Origin: Yuukianura sp. NJ FZ-2021
Lineage: Eukaryota
Direction: 5' to 3'
Length of the DNA: 64,000 nucleotides
Assembly: GCA_046563655.1 (NCBI GenBank)
Contig: CM102290.1
Coordinates: 11,160,001-11,224,000 of the forward strand
Each line of letters begins with the position of its first letter. Within the stretch, counting starts at the first letter, position 1. The notes beneath the pieces were generated by a model that searched no databases, was not told where the DNA came from, and worked only from the letters and a program-made list of their open reading frames with translations. The position numbers and the translations under genes were made by a program. Shown one piece after another: positions 52,201-64,000 of the stretch.

Positions 52201-55200
52201 GTTAAAAGTTTAGTAGGAAAATCACTCTTTCTAAATAGCATAATTCCAAATTCCAAAAAGTTAAAAGTTTAGTAGGAAAATCACTCTTTCTAAACAGCAT
52301 AATTCCAAATTCCAAAAAGTTAAAAGTTTAGTAGGAAAATCACTCTTTCTAAATAGCATAATTCCAAATTCCAAAAAGTTAAAAGTTTAGTAGGAAAATC
52401 ACTCTTTCTAAATAGCATAATTCCAAATTCCAAAAAGTTAAAAGTTTAGTAGGAAAATCACTCTTTCTAAATAGCATAATTCCAAATTCCAAAAAGTTAA
52501 AAGTTTAGTAGGAAAATCACTCTTTCTAAATAGCATAATTCCAAATTCCAAAAAGTTAAAAGTTTAGTAGGAAAATCACTCTTTCTAAATAGCATAATTC
52601 CAAATTCCAAAAAGTTAAAAGTTTAGTAGGAAAATCACTCTTTCTAAATAGCATAATTCCAAATTCCAAAAAGTTAAAAGTTTAGTAGGAAAATCACTCT
52701 TTCTAAATAGCATAATTCCAAATTCCAAAAAGTTAAAAGTTTAGTAGGAAAATCACTCTTTCTAAATAGCATAATTCCAAATTCCAAAAAGTTAAAAGTT
52801 TAGTAGGAAAATCACTCTTTCTAAATAGCATAATTCCAAATTCCAAAAAGTTAAAAGTTTAGTAGGAAAATCACTCTTTCTAAATAGCATAATTCCAAAT
52901 TCCAAAAAGTTAAAAGTTTAGTAGGAAAATCACTCTTTCTAAATAGCATAATTCCAAATTCCAAAAAGTTAAAAGTTTAGTAGGAAAATCACTCTTTCTA
53001 AATAGCATAATTCCAAATTCCAAAAAGTTAAAAGTTTAGTAGGAAAATCACTCTTTCTAAATAGCATAATTCCAAATTCCAAAAAGTTAAAAGTTTAGTA
53101 GGAAAATCACTCTTTCTAAATAGCATAATTCCAAATTCCAAAAAGTTAAAAGTTTAGTAGGAAAATCACTCTTTCTAAATAGCATAATTCCAAATTCCAA
53201 AAAGTTAAAAGTTTAGTAGGAAAATCACTCTTTCTAAATAGCATAATTCCAAATTCCAAAAAGTTAAAAGTTTAGTAGGAAAATCACTCTTTCTAAATAG
53301 CATAATTCCAAATTCCAAAAAGTTAAAAGTTTAGTAGGAAAATCACTCTTTCTAAATAGCATAATTCCAAATTCCAAAAAGTTAAAAGTTTAGTAGGAAA
53401 ATCACTCTTTCTAAATAGCATAATTCCAAATTCCAAAAAGTTAAAAGTTTAGTAGGAAAATCACTCTTTCTAAATAGCATAATTCCAAATTCCAAAAAGT
53501 TAAAAGTTTAGTAGGAAAATCACTCTTTCTAAATAGCATAATTCCAAATTCCAAAAAGTTAAAAGTTTAGTAGGAAAATCACTCTTTCTAAATAGCATAA
53601 TTCCAAATTCCAAAAAGTTAAAAGTTTAGTAGGAAAATCACTCCTTCTANNNNNNNNNNNNNNNNNNNNNNNNNNNNNNNNNNNNNNNNNNNNNNNNNNN
53701 NNNNNNNNNNNNNNNNNNNNNNNNNNNNNNNNNNNNNNNNNNNNNNNNNAAAACGTTAAAAGTTTAGTAGGAAAATCACTCTTTCTAAATGACATAATTC
53801 CAAATTCCAAAAAGTTAAAAGTTTAGTAGGAAAATCACTCTTTCTAAATAGCATAATTCCAAATTCCAAAAAGTTAAAAGTTTAGTAGGAAAATCACTCT
53901 TTCTAAATGACATAATTCCAAATTCCAAAAAGTTAAAAGTTTAGTAGGAAAATCACTCTTTCTAAATAGCATAATTCCAAATTCCAAAAAGTTAAAAGTT
54001 TAGTAGGAAAATCACTCTTTCTAAATGACATAATTCCAAATTCCAAAAAGTTAAAAGTTTAGTAGGAAAATCACTCTTTCTAAATAGCATAATTCCAAAT
54101 TCCAAAAAGTTAAAAGTTTAGTAGGAAAATCACTCTTTCTAAATAGCATAATTCCAAATTCCAAAAAGTTAAAAGTTTAGTAGGAAAATCACTCTTTCTA
54201 AATAGCATAATTCCAAATTCCAAAAAGTTAAAAGTTTAGTAGGAAAATCACTCTTTCTAAATGACATAATTCCAAATTCCAAAAAGTTAAAAGTTTAGTA
54301 GGAAAATCACTCTTTCTAAATGACATAATTCCAAATTCCAAAAAGTTAAAAGTTTAGTAGGAAAATCACTCTTTCTATATAGCATAATTCCAAATTCCAA
54401 AAAGTTAAAAGTTTAGTAGGAAAATCACTCTTTCTAAATGACATAATTCCAAATTCCAAAAAGTTAAAAGTTTAGTAGGAAAATCACTCTTTCTAAATGA
54501 CATAATTCCAAATTCCAAAAAGTTAAAAGTTTAGTAGGAAAATCACTCTTTCTATATAGCGTAATTCCGAATTCCAAAAAGTTAAAAGTTTAGTAGGAAA
54601 ATCACTCTTTCTAAATGACATAATTCCAAATTCCAAAAAGTTAAAAGTTTAGTAGGAAAATCACTCTTTCTAAATGACATAATTCCAAATTCCAAAAAGT
54701 TAAAAGTTTAGTAGGAAAATCACTCTTTCTAAATGACATAATTCCAAATTCCAAAAAGTTAAAAGTTTAGTAGGAAAATCACTCTTTCTAAATAGCATAA
54801 TTCCAAATTCCAAAAAGTTAAAAGTTTAGTAGGAAAATCACTCTTTCTAAATGACATAATTCCAAATTCCAAAAAGTTAAAAGTTTAGTAGGAAAATCAC
54901 TCTTTCTAAATGACATAATTCCAAATTCCAAAAAGTTAAAAGTTTAGTAGGAAAATCACTCTTTCTAAATAGCATAATTCCAAATTCCAAAAAGTTAAAA
55001 GTTTAGTAGGAAAATCACTCTTTCTAAATGACATAATTCCAAATTCCAAAAAGTTAAAAGTTTAGTAGGAAAATCACTCTTTCTAAATGACATAATTCCA
55101 AATTCCAAAAAGTTAAAAGTTTAGTAGGAAAATCACTCTTTCTAAATAGCATAATTCCAAATTCCAAAAAGTTAAAAGTTTAGTAGGAAAATCACTCTTT

Positions 55201-58200
55201 CTAAATAGCATAATTCCAAATTCCAAAAAGTTAAAAGTTTAGTAGGAAAATCACTCTTTCTAAAAGACATAATTCCAAATTCCAAAAAGTTAAAAGTTTA
55301 GTAGGAAAATCACTCTTTCTAAATGACATAATTCCAAATTCCAAAAAGTTAAAAGTTTAGTAGGAAAATCACTCTTTCTAAATGACATAATTCCAAATTC
55401 CAAAAAGTTAAAAGTTTAGTAGGAAAATCACTCTTTCTAAATAGCATAATTCCAAATTCCAAAAAGTTAAAAGTTTAGTAGGAAAATCACTCTTTCTAAA
55501 TGACATAATTCCAAATTCCAAAAAGTTAAAAGTTTAGTAGGAAAATCACTCTTTCTAAATAGCATAATTCCAAATTCCAAAAAGTTAAAAGTTTAGTAGG
55601 AAAATCACTCTTTCTAAATAGCATAATTCCAAATTCCAAAAAGTTAAAAGTTTAGTAGGAAAATCACTCTTTCTAAATGACATAATTCCAAATTCCAAAA
55701 AGTTAAAAGTTTAGTAGGAAAATCACTCTTTCTAAATAGCATAATTCCAAATTCCAAAAAGTTAAAAGTTTAGTAGGAAAATCACTCTTTCTAAATGACA
55801 TAATTCCAAATTCCAAAAAGTTAAAAGTTTAGTAGGAAAATCACTCTTTCTAAATGACATAATTCCAAATTCCAAAAAGTTAAAAGTTTAGTAGGAAAAT
55901 CACTCTTTCTAAATGACATAATTCCAAATTCCAAAAAGTTAAAAGTTTAGTAGGAAAATCACTCTTTCTAAATGACATAATTCCAAATTCCAAAAAGTTA
56001 AAAGTTTAGTAGGAAAATCACTCTTTCTAAATAGCATAATTCCAAATTCCAAAAAGTTAAAAGTTTAGTAGGAAAATCACTCTTTCTAAATAGCATAATT
56101 CCAAATTCCAAAAAGTTAAAAGTTTAGTAGGAAAATCACTCTTTCTAAATAGCATAATTCCAAATTCCAAAAAGTTAAAAGTTTAGTAGGAAAATCACTC
56201 TTTCTAAATAGCATAATTCCAAATTCCAAAAAGTTAAAAGTTTAGTAGGAAAATCACTCTTTCTAAATAGCATAATTCCAAATTCCAAAAAGTTAAAAGT
56301 TTAGTAGGAAAATCACTCTTTCTAAATGACATAATTCCAAATTCCAAAAAGTTAAAAGTTTAGTAGGAAAATCACTCTTTCTAAATAGCATAATTCCAAA
56401 TTCCAAAAAGTTAAAAGTTTAGTAGGAAAATCACTCTTTCTAAATAGCATAATTCCAAATTCCAAAAAGTTAAAAGTTTAGTAGGAAAATCACTCTTTCT
56501 AAATGACATAATTCCAAATTCCAAAAAGTTAAAAGTTTAGTAGGAAAATCACTCTTTCTAAATAGCATAATTCCAAATTCCAAAAAGTTAAAAGTTTAGT
56601 AGGAAAATCACTCTTTCTAAATAGCATAATTCCAAATTCCAAAAAGTTAAAAGTTTAGTAGGAAAATCACTCTTTCTAAATGACATAATTCCAAATTCCA
56701 AAAAGTTAAAAGTTTAGTAGGAAAATCACTCTTTCTAAATGACATAATTCCAAATTCCAAAAAGTTAAAAGTTTAGTAGGAAAATCACTCTTTCTAAATA
56801 GCATAATTCCAAATTCCAAAAAGTTAAAAGTTTAGTAGGAAAATCACTCTTTCTAAATAGCATAATTCCAAATTCCAAAAAGTTAAAAGTTTAGTAGGAA
56901 AATCACTCTTTCTAAATAGCATAATTCCAAATTCCAAAAAGTTAAAAGTTTAGTAGGAAAATCACTCTTTCTAAATAGCATAATTCCAAATTCCAAAAAG
57001 TTAAAAGTTTAGTAGGAAAATCACTCTTTCTAAATGACATAATTCCAAATTCCAAAAAGTTAAAAGTTTAGTAGGAAAATCACTCTTTCTAAATAGCATA
57101 ATTCCAAATTCCAAAAAGTTAAAAGTTTAGTAGGAAAATCACTCTTTCTAAATAGCATAATTCCAAATTCCAAAAAGTTAAAAGTTTAGTAGGAAAATCA
57201 CTCTTTCTAAATAGCATAATTCCAAATTCCAAAAAGTTAAAAGTTTAGTAGGAAAATCACTCTTTCTAAATGACATAATTCCAAATTCCAAAAAGTTAAA
57301 AGTTTAGTAGGAAAATCACTCTTTCTAAATAGCATAATTCCAAATTCCAAAAAGTTAAAAGTTTAGTAGGAAAATCACTCTTTCTAAATGACATAATTCC
57401 AAATTCCAAAAAGTTAAAAGTTTAGTAGGAAAATCACTCTTTCTAAATAGCATAATTCCAAATTCCAAAAAGTTAAAAGTTTAGTAGGAAAATCACTCTT
57501 TCTAAATAGCATAATTCCAAATTCCAAAAAGTTAAAAGTTTAGTAGGAAAATCACTCTTTCTAAATAGCATAATTCCAAATTCCAAAAAGTTAAAAGTTT
57601 AGTAGGAAAATCACTCTTTCTAAATAGCATAATTCCAAATTCCAAAAAGTTAAAAGTTTAGTAGGAAAATCACTCTTTCTAAATAGCATAATTCCAAATT
57701 CCAAAAAGTTAAAAGTTTAGTAGGAAAATCACTCTTTCTAAATAGCATAATTCCAAATTCCAAAAAGTTAAAAGTTTAGTAGGAAAATCACTCTTTCTAA
57801 ATAGCATAATTCCAAATTCCAAAAAGTTAAAAGTTTAGTAGGAAAATCACTCTTTCTAAATAGCATAATTCCAAATTCCAAAAAGTTAAAAGTTTAGTAG
57901 GAAAATCACTCTTTCTAAATAGCATAATTCCAAATTCCAAAAAGTTAAAAGTTTAGTAGGAAAATCACTCTTTCTAAATAGCATAATTCCAAATTCCAAA
58001 AAGTTAAAAGTTTAGTAGGAAAATCACTCTTTCTAAATAGCATAATTCCAAATTCCAAAAAGTTAAAAGTTTAGTAGGAAAATCACTCTTTCTAAATGAC
58101 ATAATTCCAAATTCCAAAAAGTTAAAAGTTTAGTAGGAAAATCACTCTTTCTAAATAGCATAATTCCAAATTCCAAAAAGTTAAAAGTTTAGTAGGAAAA

Positions 58201-61200
58201 TCACTCTTTCTAAATAGCATAATTCCAAATTCCAAAAAGTTAAAAGTTTAGTAGGAAAATCACTCTTTCTAAATAGCATAATTCCAAATTCCAAAAAGTT
58301 AAAAGTTTAGTAGGAAAATCACTCTTTCTAAATAGCATAATTCCAAATTCCAAAAAGTTAAAAGTTTAGTAGGAAAATCACTCTTTCTAAATGACATAAT
58401 TCCAAATTCCAAAAAGTTAAAAGTTTAGTAGGAAAATCACTCTTTCTAAATAGCATAATTCCAAATTCCAAAAAGTTAAAAGTTTAGTAGGAAAATCACT
58501 CTTTCTAAATAGCATAATTCCAAATTCCAAAAAGTTAAAAGTTTAGTAGGAAAATCACTCTTTCTAAATGACATAATTCCAAATTCCAAAAAGTTAAAAG
58601 TTTAGTAGGAAAATCACTCTTTCTAAATAGCATAATTCCAAATTCCAAAAAGTTAAAAGTTTAGTAGGAAAATCACTCTTTCTAAATAGCATAATTCCAA
58701 ATTCCAAAAAGTTAAAAGTTTAGTAGGAAAATCACTCTTTCTAAATAGCATAATTCCAAATTCCAAAAAGTTAAAAGTTTAGTAGGAAAATCACTCTTTC
58801 TAAATAGCATAATTCCAAATTCCAAAAAGTTAAAAGTTTAGTAGGAAAATCACTCTTTCTAAATAGCATAATTCCAAATTCCAAAAAGTTAAAAGTTTAG
58901 TAGGAAAATCACTCTTTCTAAATAGCATAATTCCAAATTCCAAAAAGTTAAAAGTTTAGTAGGAAAATCACTCTTTCTAAATAGCATAATTCCAAATTCC
59001 AAAAAGTTAAAAGTTTAGTAGGAAAATCACTCTTTCTAAATAGCATAATTCCAAATTCCAAAAAGTTAAAAGTTTAGTAGGAAAATCACTCTTTCTAAAT
59101 AGCATAATTCCAAATTCCAAAAAGTTAAAAGTTTAGTAGGAAAATCACTCTTTCTAAATAGCATAATTCCAAATTCCAAAAAGTTAAAAGTTTAGTAGGA
59201 AAATCACTCTTTCTAAATAGCATAATTCCAAATTCCAAAAAGTTAAAAGTTTAGTAGGAAAATCACTCTTTCTAAATAGCATAATTCCAAATTCCAAAAA
59301 GTTAAAAGTTTAGTAGGAAAATCACTCTTTCTAAATAGCATAATTCCAAATTCCAAAAAGTTAAAAGTTTAGTAGGAAAATCACTCTTTCTAAATAGCAT
59401 AATTCCAAATTCCAAAAAGTTAAAAGTTTAGTAGGAAAATCACTCTTTCTAAATAGCATAATTCCAAATTCCAAAAAGTTAAAAGTTTAGTAGGAAAATC
59501 ACTCTTTCTAAATAGCATAATTCCAAATTCCAAAAAGTTAAAAGTTTAGTAGGAAAATCACTCTTTCTAAATGACATAATTCCAAATTCCAAAAAGTTAA
59601 AAGTTTAGTAGGAAAATCACTCTTTCTAAATAGCATAATTCCAAATTCCAAAAAGTTAAAAGTTTAGTAGGAAAATCACTCTTTCTAAATAGCATAATTC
59701 CAAATTCCAAAAAGTTAAAAGTTTAGTAGGAAAATCACTCTTTCTAAATAGCATAATTCCAAATTCCAAAAAGTTAAAAGTTTAGTAGGAAAATCACTCT
59801 TTCTAAATAGCATAATTCCAAATTCCAAAAAGTTAAAAGTTTAGTAGGAAAATCACTCTTTCTAAATAGCATAATTCCAAATTCCAAAAAGTTAAAAGTT
59901 TAGTAGGAAAATCACTCTTTCTAAATAGCATAATTCCAAATTCCAAAAAGTTAAAAGTTTAGTAGGAAAATCACTCTTTCTAAATAGCATAATTCCAAAT
60001 TCCAAAAAGTTAAAAGTTTAGTAGGAAAATCACTCTTTCTAAATAGCATAATTCCAAATTCCAAAAAGTTAAAAGTTTAGTAGGAAAATCACTCTTTCTA
60101 AATAGCATAATTCCAAATTCCAAAAAGTTAAAAGTTTAGTAGGAAAATCACTCTTTCTAAATAGCATAATTCCAAATTCCAAAAAGTTAAAAGTTTAGTA
60201 GGAAAATCACTCTTTCTAAATAGCATAATTCCAAATTCCAAAAAGTTAAAAGTTTAGTAGGAAAATCACTCTTTCTAAATAGCATAATTCCAAATTCCAA
60301 AAAGTTAAAAGTTTAGTAGGAAAATCACTCTTTCTAAATAGCATAATTCCAAATTCCAAAAAGTTAAAAGTTTAGTAGGAAAATCACTCTTTCTAAATAG
60401 CATAATTCCAAATTCCAAAAAGTTAAAAGTTTAGTAGGAAAATCACTCTTTCTAAATAGCATAATTCCAAATTCCAAAAAGTTAAAAGTTTAGTAGGAAA
60501 ATCACTCTTTCTAAATAGCATAATTCCAAATTCCAAAAAGTTAAAAGTTTAGTAGGAAAATCACTCTTTCTAAATAGCATAATTCCAAATTCCAAAAAGT
60601 TAAAAGTTTAGTAGGAAAATCACTCTTTCTAAATAGCATAATTCCAAATTCCAAAAAGTTAAAAGTTTAGTAGGAAAATCACTCTTTCTAAATAGCATAA
60701 TTCCAAATTCCAAAAAGTTAAAAGTTTAGTAGGAAAATCACTCTTTCTAAATAGCATAATTCCAAATTCCAAAAAGTTAAAAGTTTAGTAGGAAAATCAC
60801 TCTTTCTAAATAGCATAATTCCAAATTCCAAAAAGTTAAAAGTTTAGTAGGAAAATCACTCTTTCTAAATAGCATAATTCCAAATTCCAAAAAGTTAAAA
60901 GTTTAGTAGGAAAATCACTCTTTCTAAATAGCATAATTCCAAATTCCAAAAAGTTAAAAGTTTAGTAGGAAAATCACTCTTTCTAAATAGCATAATTCCA
61001 AATTCCAAAAAGTTAAAAGTTTAGTAGGAAAATCACTCTTTCTAAATAGCATAATTCCAAATTCCAAAAAGTTAAAAGTTTAGTAGGAAAATCACTCTTT
61101 CTAAATAGCATAATTCCAAATTCCAAAAAGTTAAAAGTTTAGTAGGAAAATCACTCTTTCTAAATAGCATAATTCCAAATTCCAAAAAGTTAAAAGTTTA

Positions 61201-64000
61201 GTAGGAAAATCACTCTTTCTAAATAGCATAATTCCAAATTCCAAAAAGTTAAAAGTTTAGTAGGAAAATCACTCTTTCTAAATAGCATAATTCCAAATTC
61301 CAAAAAGTTAAAAGTTTAGTAGGAAAATCACTCTTTCTAAATAGCATAATTCCAAATTCCAAAAAGTTAAAAGTTTAGTAGGAAAATCACTCTTTCTAAA
61401 TAGCATAATTCCAAATTCCAAAAAGTTAAAAGTTTAGTAGGAAAATCACTCTTTCTAAATAGCATAATTCCAAATTCCAAAAAGTTAAAAGTTTAGTAGG
61501 AAAATCACTCTTTCTAAATAGCATAATTCCAAATTCCAAAAAGTTAAAAGTTTAGTAGGAAAATCACTCTTTCTAAATAGCATAATTCCAAATTCCAAAA
61601 AGTTAAAAGTTTAGTAGGAAAATCACTCTTTCTAAATAGCATAATTCCAAATTCCAAAAAGTTAAAAGTTTAGTAGGAAAATCACTCTTTCTAAATAGCA
61701 TAATTCCAAATTCCAAAAAGTTAAAAGTTTAGTAGGAAAATCACTCTTTCTAAATGACATAATTCCAAATTCCAAAAAGTTAAAAGTTTAGTAGGAAAAT
61801 CACTCTTTCTAAATGACATAATTCCAAATTCCAAAAAGTTAAAAGTTTAGTAGGAAAATCACTCTTTCTAAATAGCATAATTCCAAATTCCAAAAAGTTA
61901 AAAGTTTAGTAGGAAAATCACTCTTTCTAAATAGCATAATTCCAAATTCCAAAAAGTTAAAAGTTTAGTAGGAAAATCACTCTTTCTAAATAGCATAATT
62001 CCAAATTCCAAAAAGTTAAAAGTTTAGTAGGAAAATCACTCTTTCTAAATAGCATAATTCCAAATTCCAAAAAGTTAAAAGTTTAGTAGGAAAATCACTC
62101 TTTCTAAATAGCATAATTCCAAATTCCAAAAAGTTAAAAGTTTAGTAGGAAAATCACTCTTTCTAAATGACATAATTCCAAATTCCAAAAAGTTAAAAGT
62201 TTAGTAGGAAAATCACTCTTTCTAAATAGCATAATTCCAAATTCCAAAAAGTTAAAAGTTTAGTAGGAAAATCACTCTTTCTAAATAGCATAATTCCAAA
62301 TTCCAAAAAGTTAAAAGTTTAGTAGGAAAATCACTCTTTCTAAATAGCATAATTCCAAATTCCAAAAAGTTAAAAGTTTAGTAGGAAAATCACTCTTTCT
62401 AAATGACATAATTCCAAATTCCAAAAAGTTAAAAGTTTAGTAGGAAAATCACTCTTTCTAAATAGCATAATTCCAAATTCCAAAAAGTTAAAAGTTTAGT
62501 AGGAAAATCACTCTTTCTAAATAGCATAATTCCAAATTCCAAAAAGTTAAAAGTTTAGTAGGAAAATCACTCTTTCTAAATAGCATAATTCCAAATTCCA
62601 AAAAGTTAAAAGTTTAGTAGGAAAATCACTCTTTCTAAATAGCATAATTCCAAATTCCAAAAAGTTAAAAGTTTAGTAGGAAAATCACTCTTTCTAAATA
62701 GCATAATTCCAAATTCCAAAAAGTTAAAAGTTTAGTAGGAAAATCACTCTTTCTAAATAGCATAATTCCAAATTCCAAAAAGTTAAAAGTTTAGTAGGAA
62801 AATCACTCTTTCTAAATAGCATAATTCCAAATTCCAAAAAGTTAAAAGTTTAGTAGGAAAATCACTCTTTCTAAATAGCATAATTCCAAATTCCAAAAAG
62901 TTAAAAGTTTAGTAGGAAAATCACTCTTTCTAAATAGCATAATTCCAAATTCCAAAAAGTTAAAAGTTTAGTAGGAAAATCACTCTTTCTAAATAGCATA
63001 ATTCCAAATTCCAAAAAGTTAAAAGTTTAGTAGGAAAATCACTCTTTCTAAATAGCATAATTCCAAATTCCAAAAAGTTAAAAGTTTAGTAGGAAAATCA
63101 CTCTTTCTAAATAGCATAATTCCAAATTCCAAAAAGTTAAAAGTTTAGTAGGAAAATCACTCTTTCTAAATAGCATAATTCCAAATTCCAAAAAGTTAAA
63201 AGTTTAGTAGGAAAATCACTCTTTCTAAATAGCATAATTCCAAATTCCAAAAAGTTAAAAGTTTAGTAGGAAAATCACTCTTTCTAAATAGCATAATTCC
63301 AAATTCCAAAAAGTTAAAAGTTTAGTAGGAAAATCACTCTTTCTAAATAGCATAATTCCAAATTCCAAAAAGTTAAAAGTTTAGTAGGAAAATCACTCTT
63401 TCTAAATAGCATAATTCCAAATTCCAAAAAGTTAAAAGTTTAGTAGGAAAATCACTCTTTCTAAATAGCATAATTCCAAATTCCAAAAAGTTAAAAGTTT
63501 AGTAGGAAAATCACTCTTTCTAAATGACATAATTCCAAATTCCAAAAAGTTAAAAGTTTAGTAGGAAAATCACTCTTTCTAAATAGCATAATTCCAAATT
63601 CCAAAAAGTTAAAAGTTTAGTAGGAAAATCACTCTTTCTAAATGACATAATTCCAAATTCCAAAAAGTTAAAAGTTTAGTAGGAAAATCACTCTTTCTAA
63701 ATGACATAATTCCAAATTCCAAAAAGTTAAAAGTTTAGTAGGAAAATCACTCTTTCTAAATAGCATAATTCCAAATTCCAAAAAGTTAAAAGTTTAGTAG
63801 GAAAATCACTCTTTCTAAATAGCATAATTCCAAATTCCAAAAAGTTAAAAGTTTAGTAGGAAAATCACTCTTTCTAAATAGCATAATTCCAAATTCCAAA
63901 AAGTTAAAAGTTTAGTAGGAAAATCACTCTTTCTAAATGACATAATTCCAAATTCCAAAAAGTTAAAAGTTTAGTAGGAAAATCACTCTTTCTAAATAGC
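19294..64000. repeat. 59-bp AT-rich satellite DNA array (~750 monomers in window; continues past window end)
   Basis: Consensus ATAATTCCAAATTCCAAAAAGTTAAAAGTTTAGTAGGAAAATCACTCTTTCTAAATAGC (59 bp, 15 G+C, no CpG). Head-to-tail in the same orientation on both sides of the gap. Confidence 0.99.
53650..53749. other. Assembly gap (100 N)
   Basis: Exactly 100 Ns, typical of an unsized scaffold join. Confidence 0.98.

Noticed and set aside
53559..53810. 83-aa ORF spanning the gap
   Set aside because: Artefact of translating Ns inside satellite DNA.
19294..64000. Array as a CRISPR locus or variant-encoded information
   Set aside because: There are no unique spacers or cas genes and the context is eukaryotic. 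The variation is a few recurrent substitutions typical of satellite turnover.

Overview
Eukaryotic genomic DNA, AT-rich with short GT-AG introns; the protein sequences look arthropod-like, but the species cannot be determined. The first ~19.3 kb holds two convergent spliced genes. On + is a cytosolic carboxypeptidase 6 (CCP6/AGBL4)-like gene (~6255-11862, 10 exons, ~789 aa). On - is a KIF12-like kinesin (17757-12544, 12 exons, ~697 aa). The CCP6-like ORF is intact, but its catalytic Glu is Gln (YTLQIS) and one zinc ligand is Asp (HAGD), while the substrate-binding residues are kept, making it a candidate pseudo-deglutamylase. Its last intron carries two adjacent MITE-like elements, one containing an 11-bp minisatellite. 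From 19294 to the window end lies a very homogeneous 59-bp satellite array (~750 monomers, one 100-N gap). The array has a structured variant landscape, a Helentron/DINE-like hairpin terminus just upstream, and a diverged inverted 3-copy relative at ~5.3 kb. All gene models and alignments were assembled by hand; no database searches were run.
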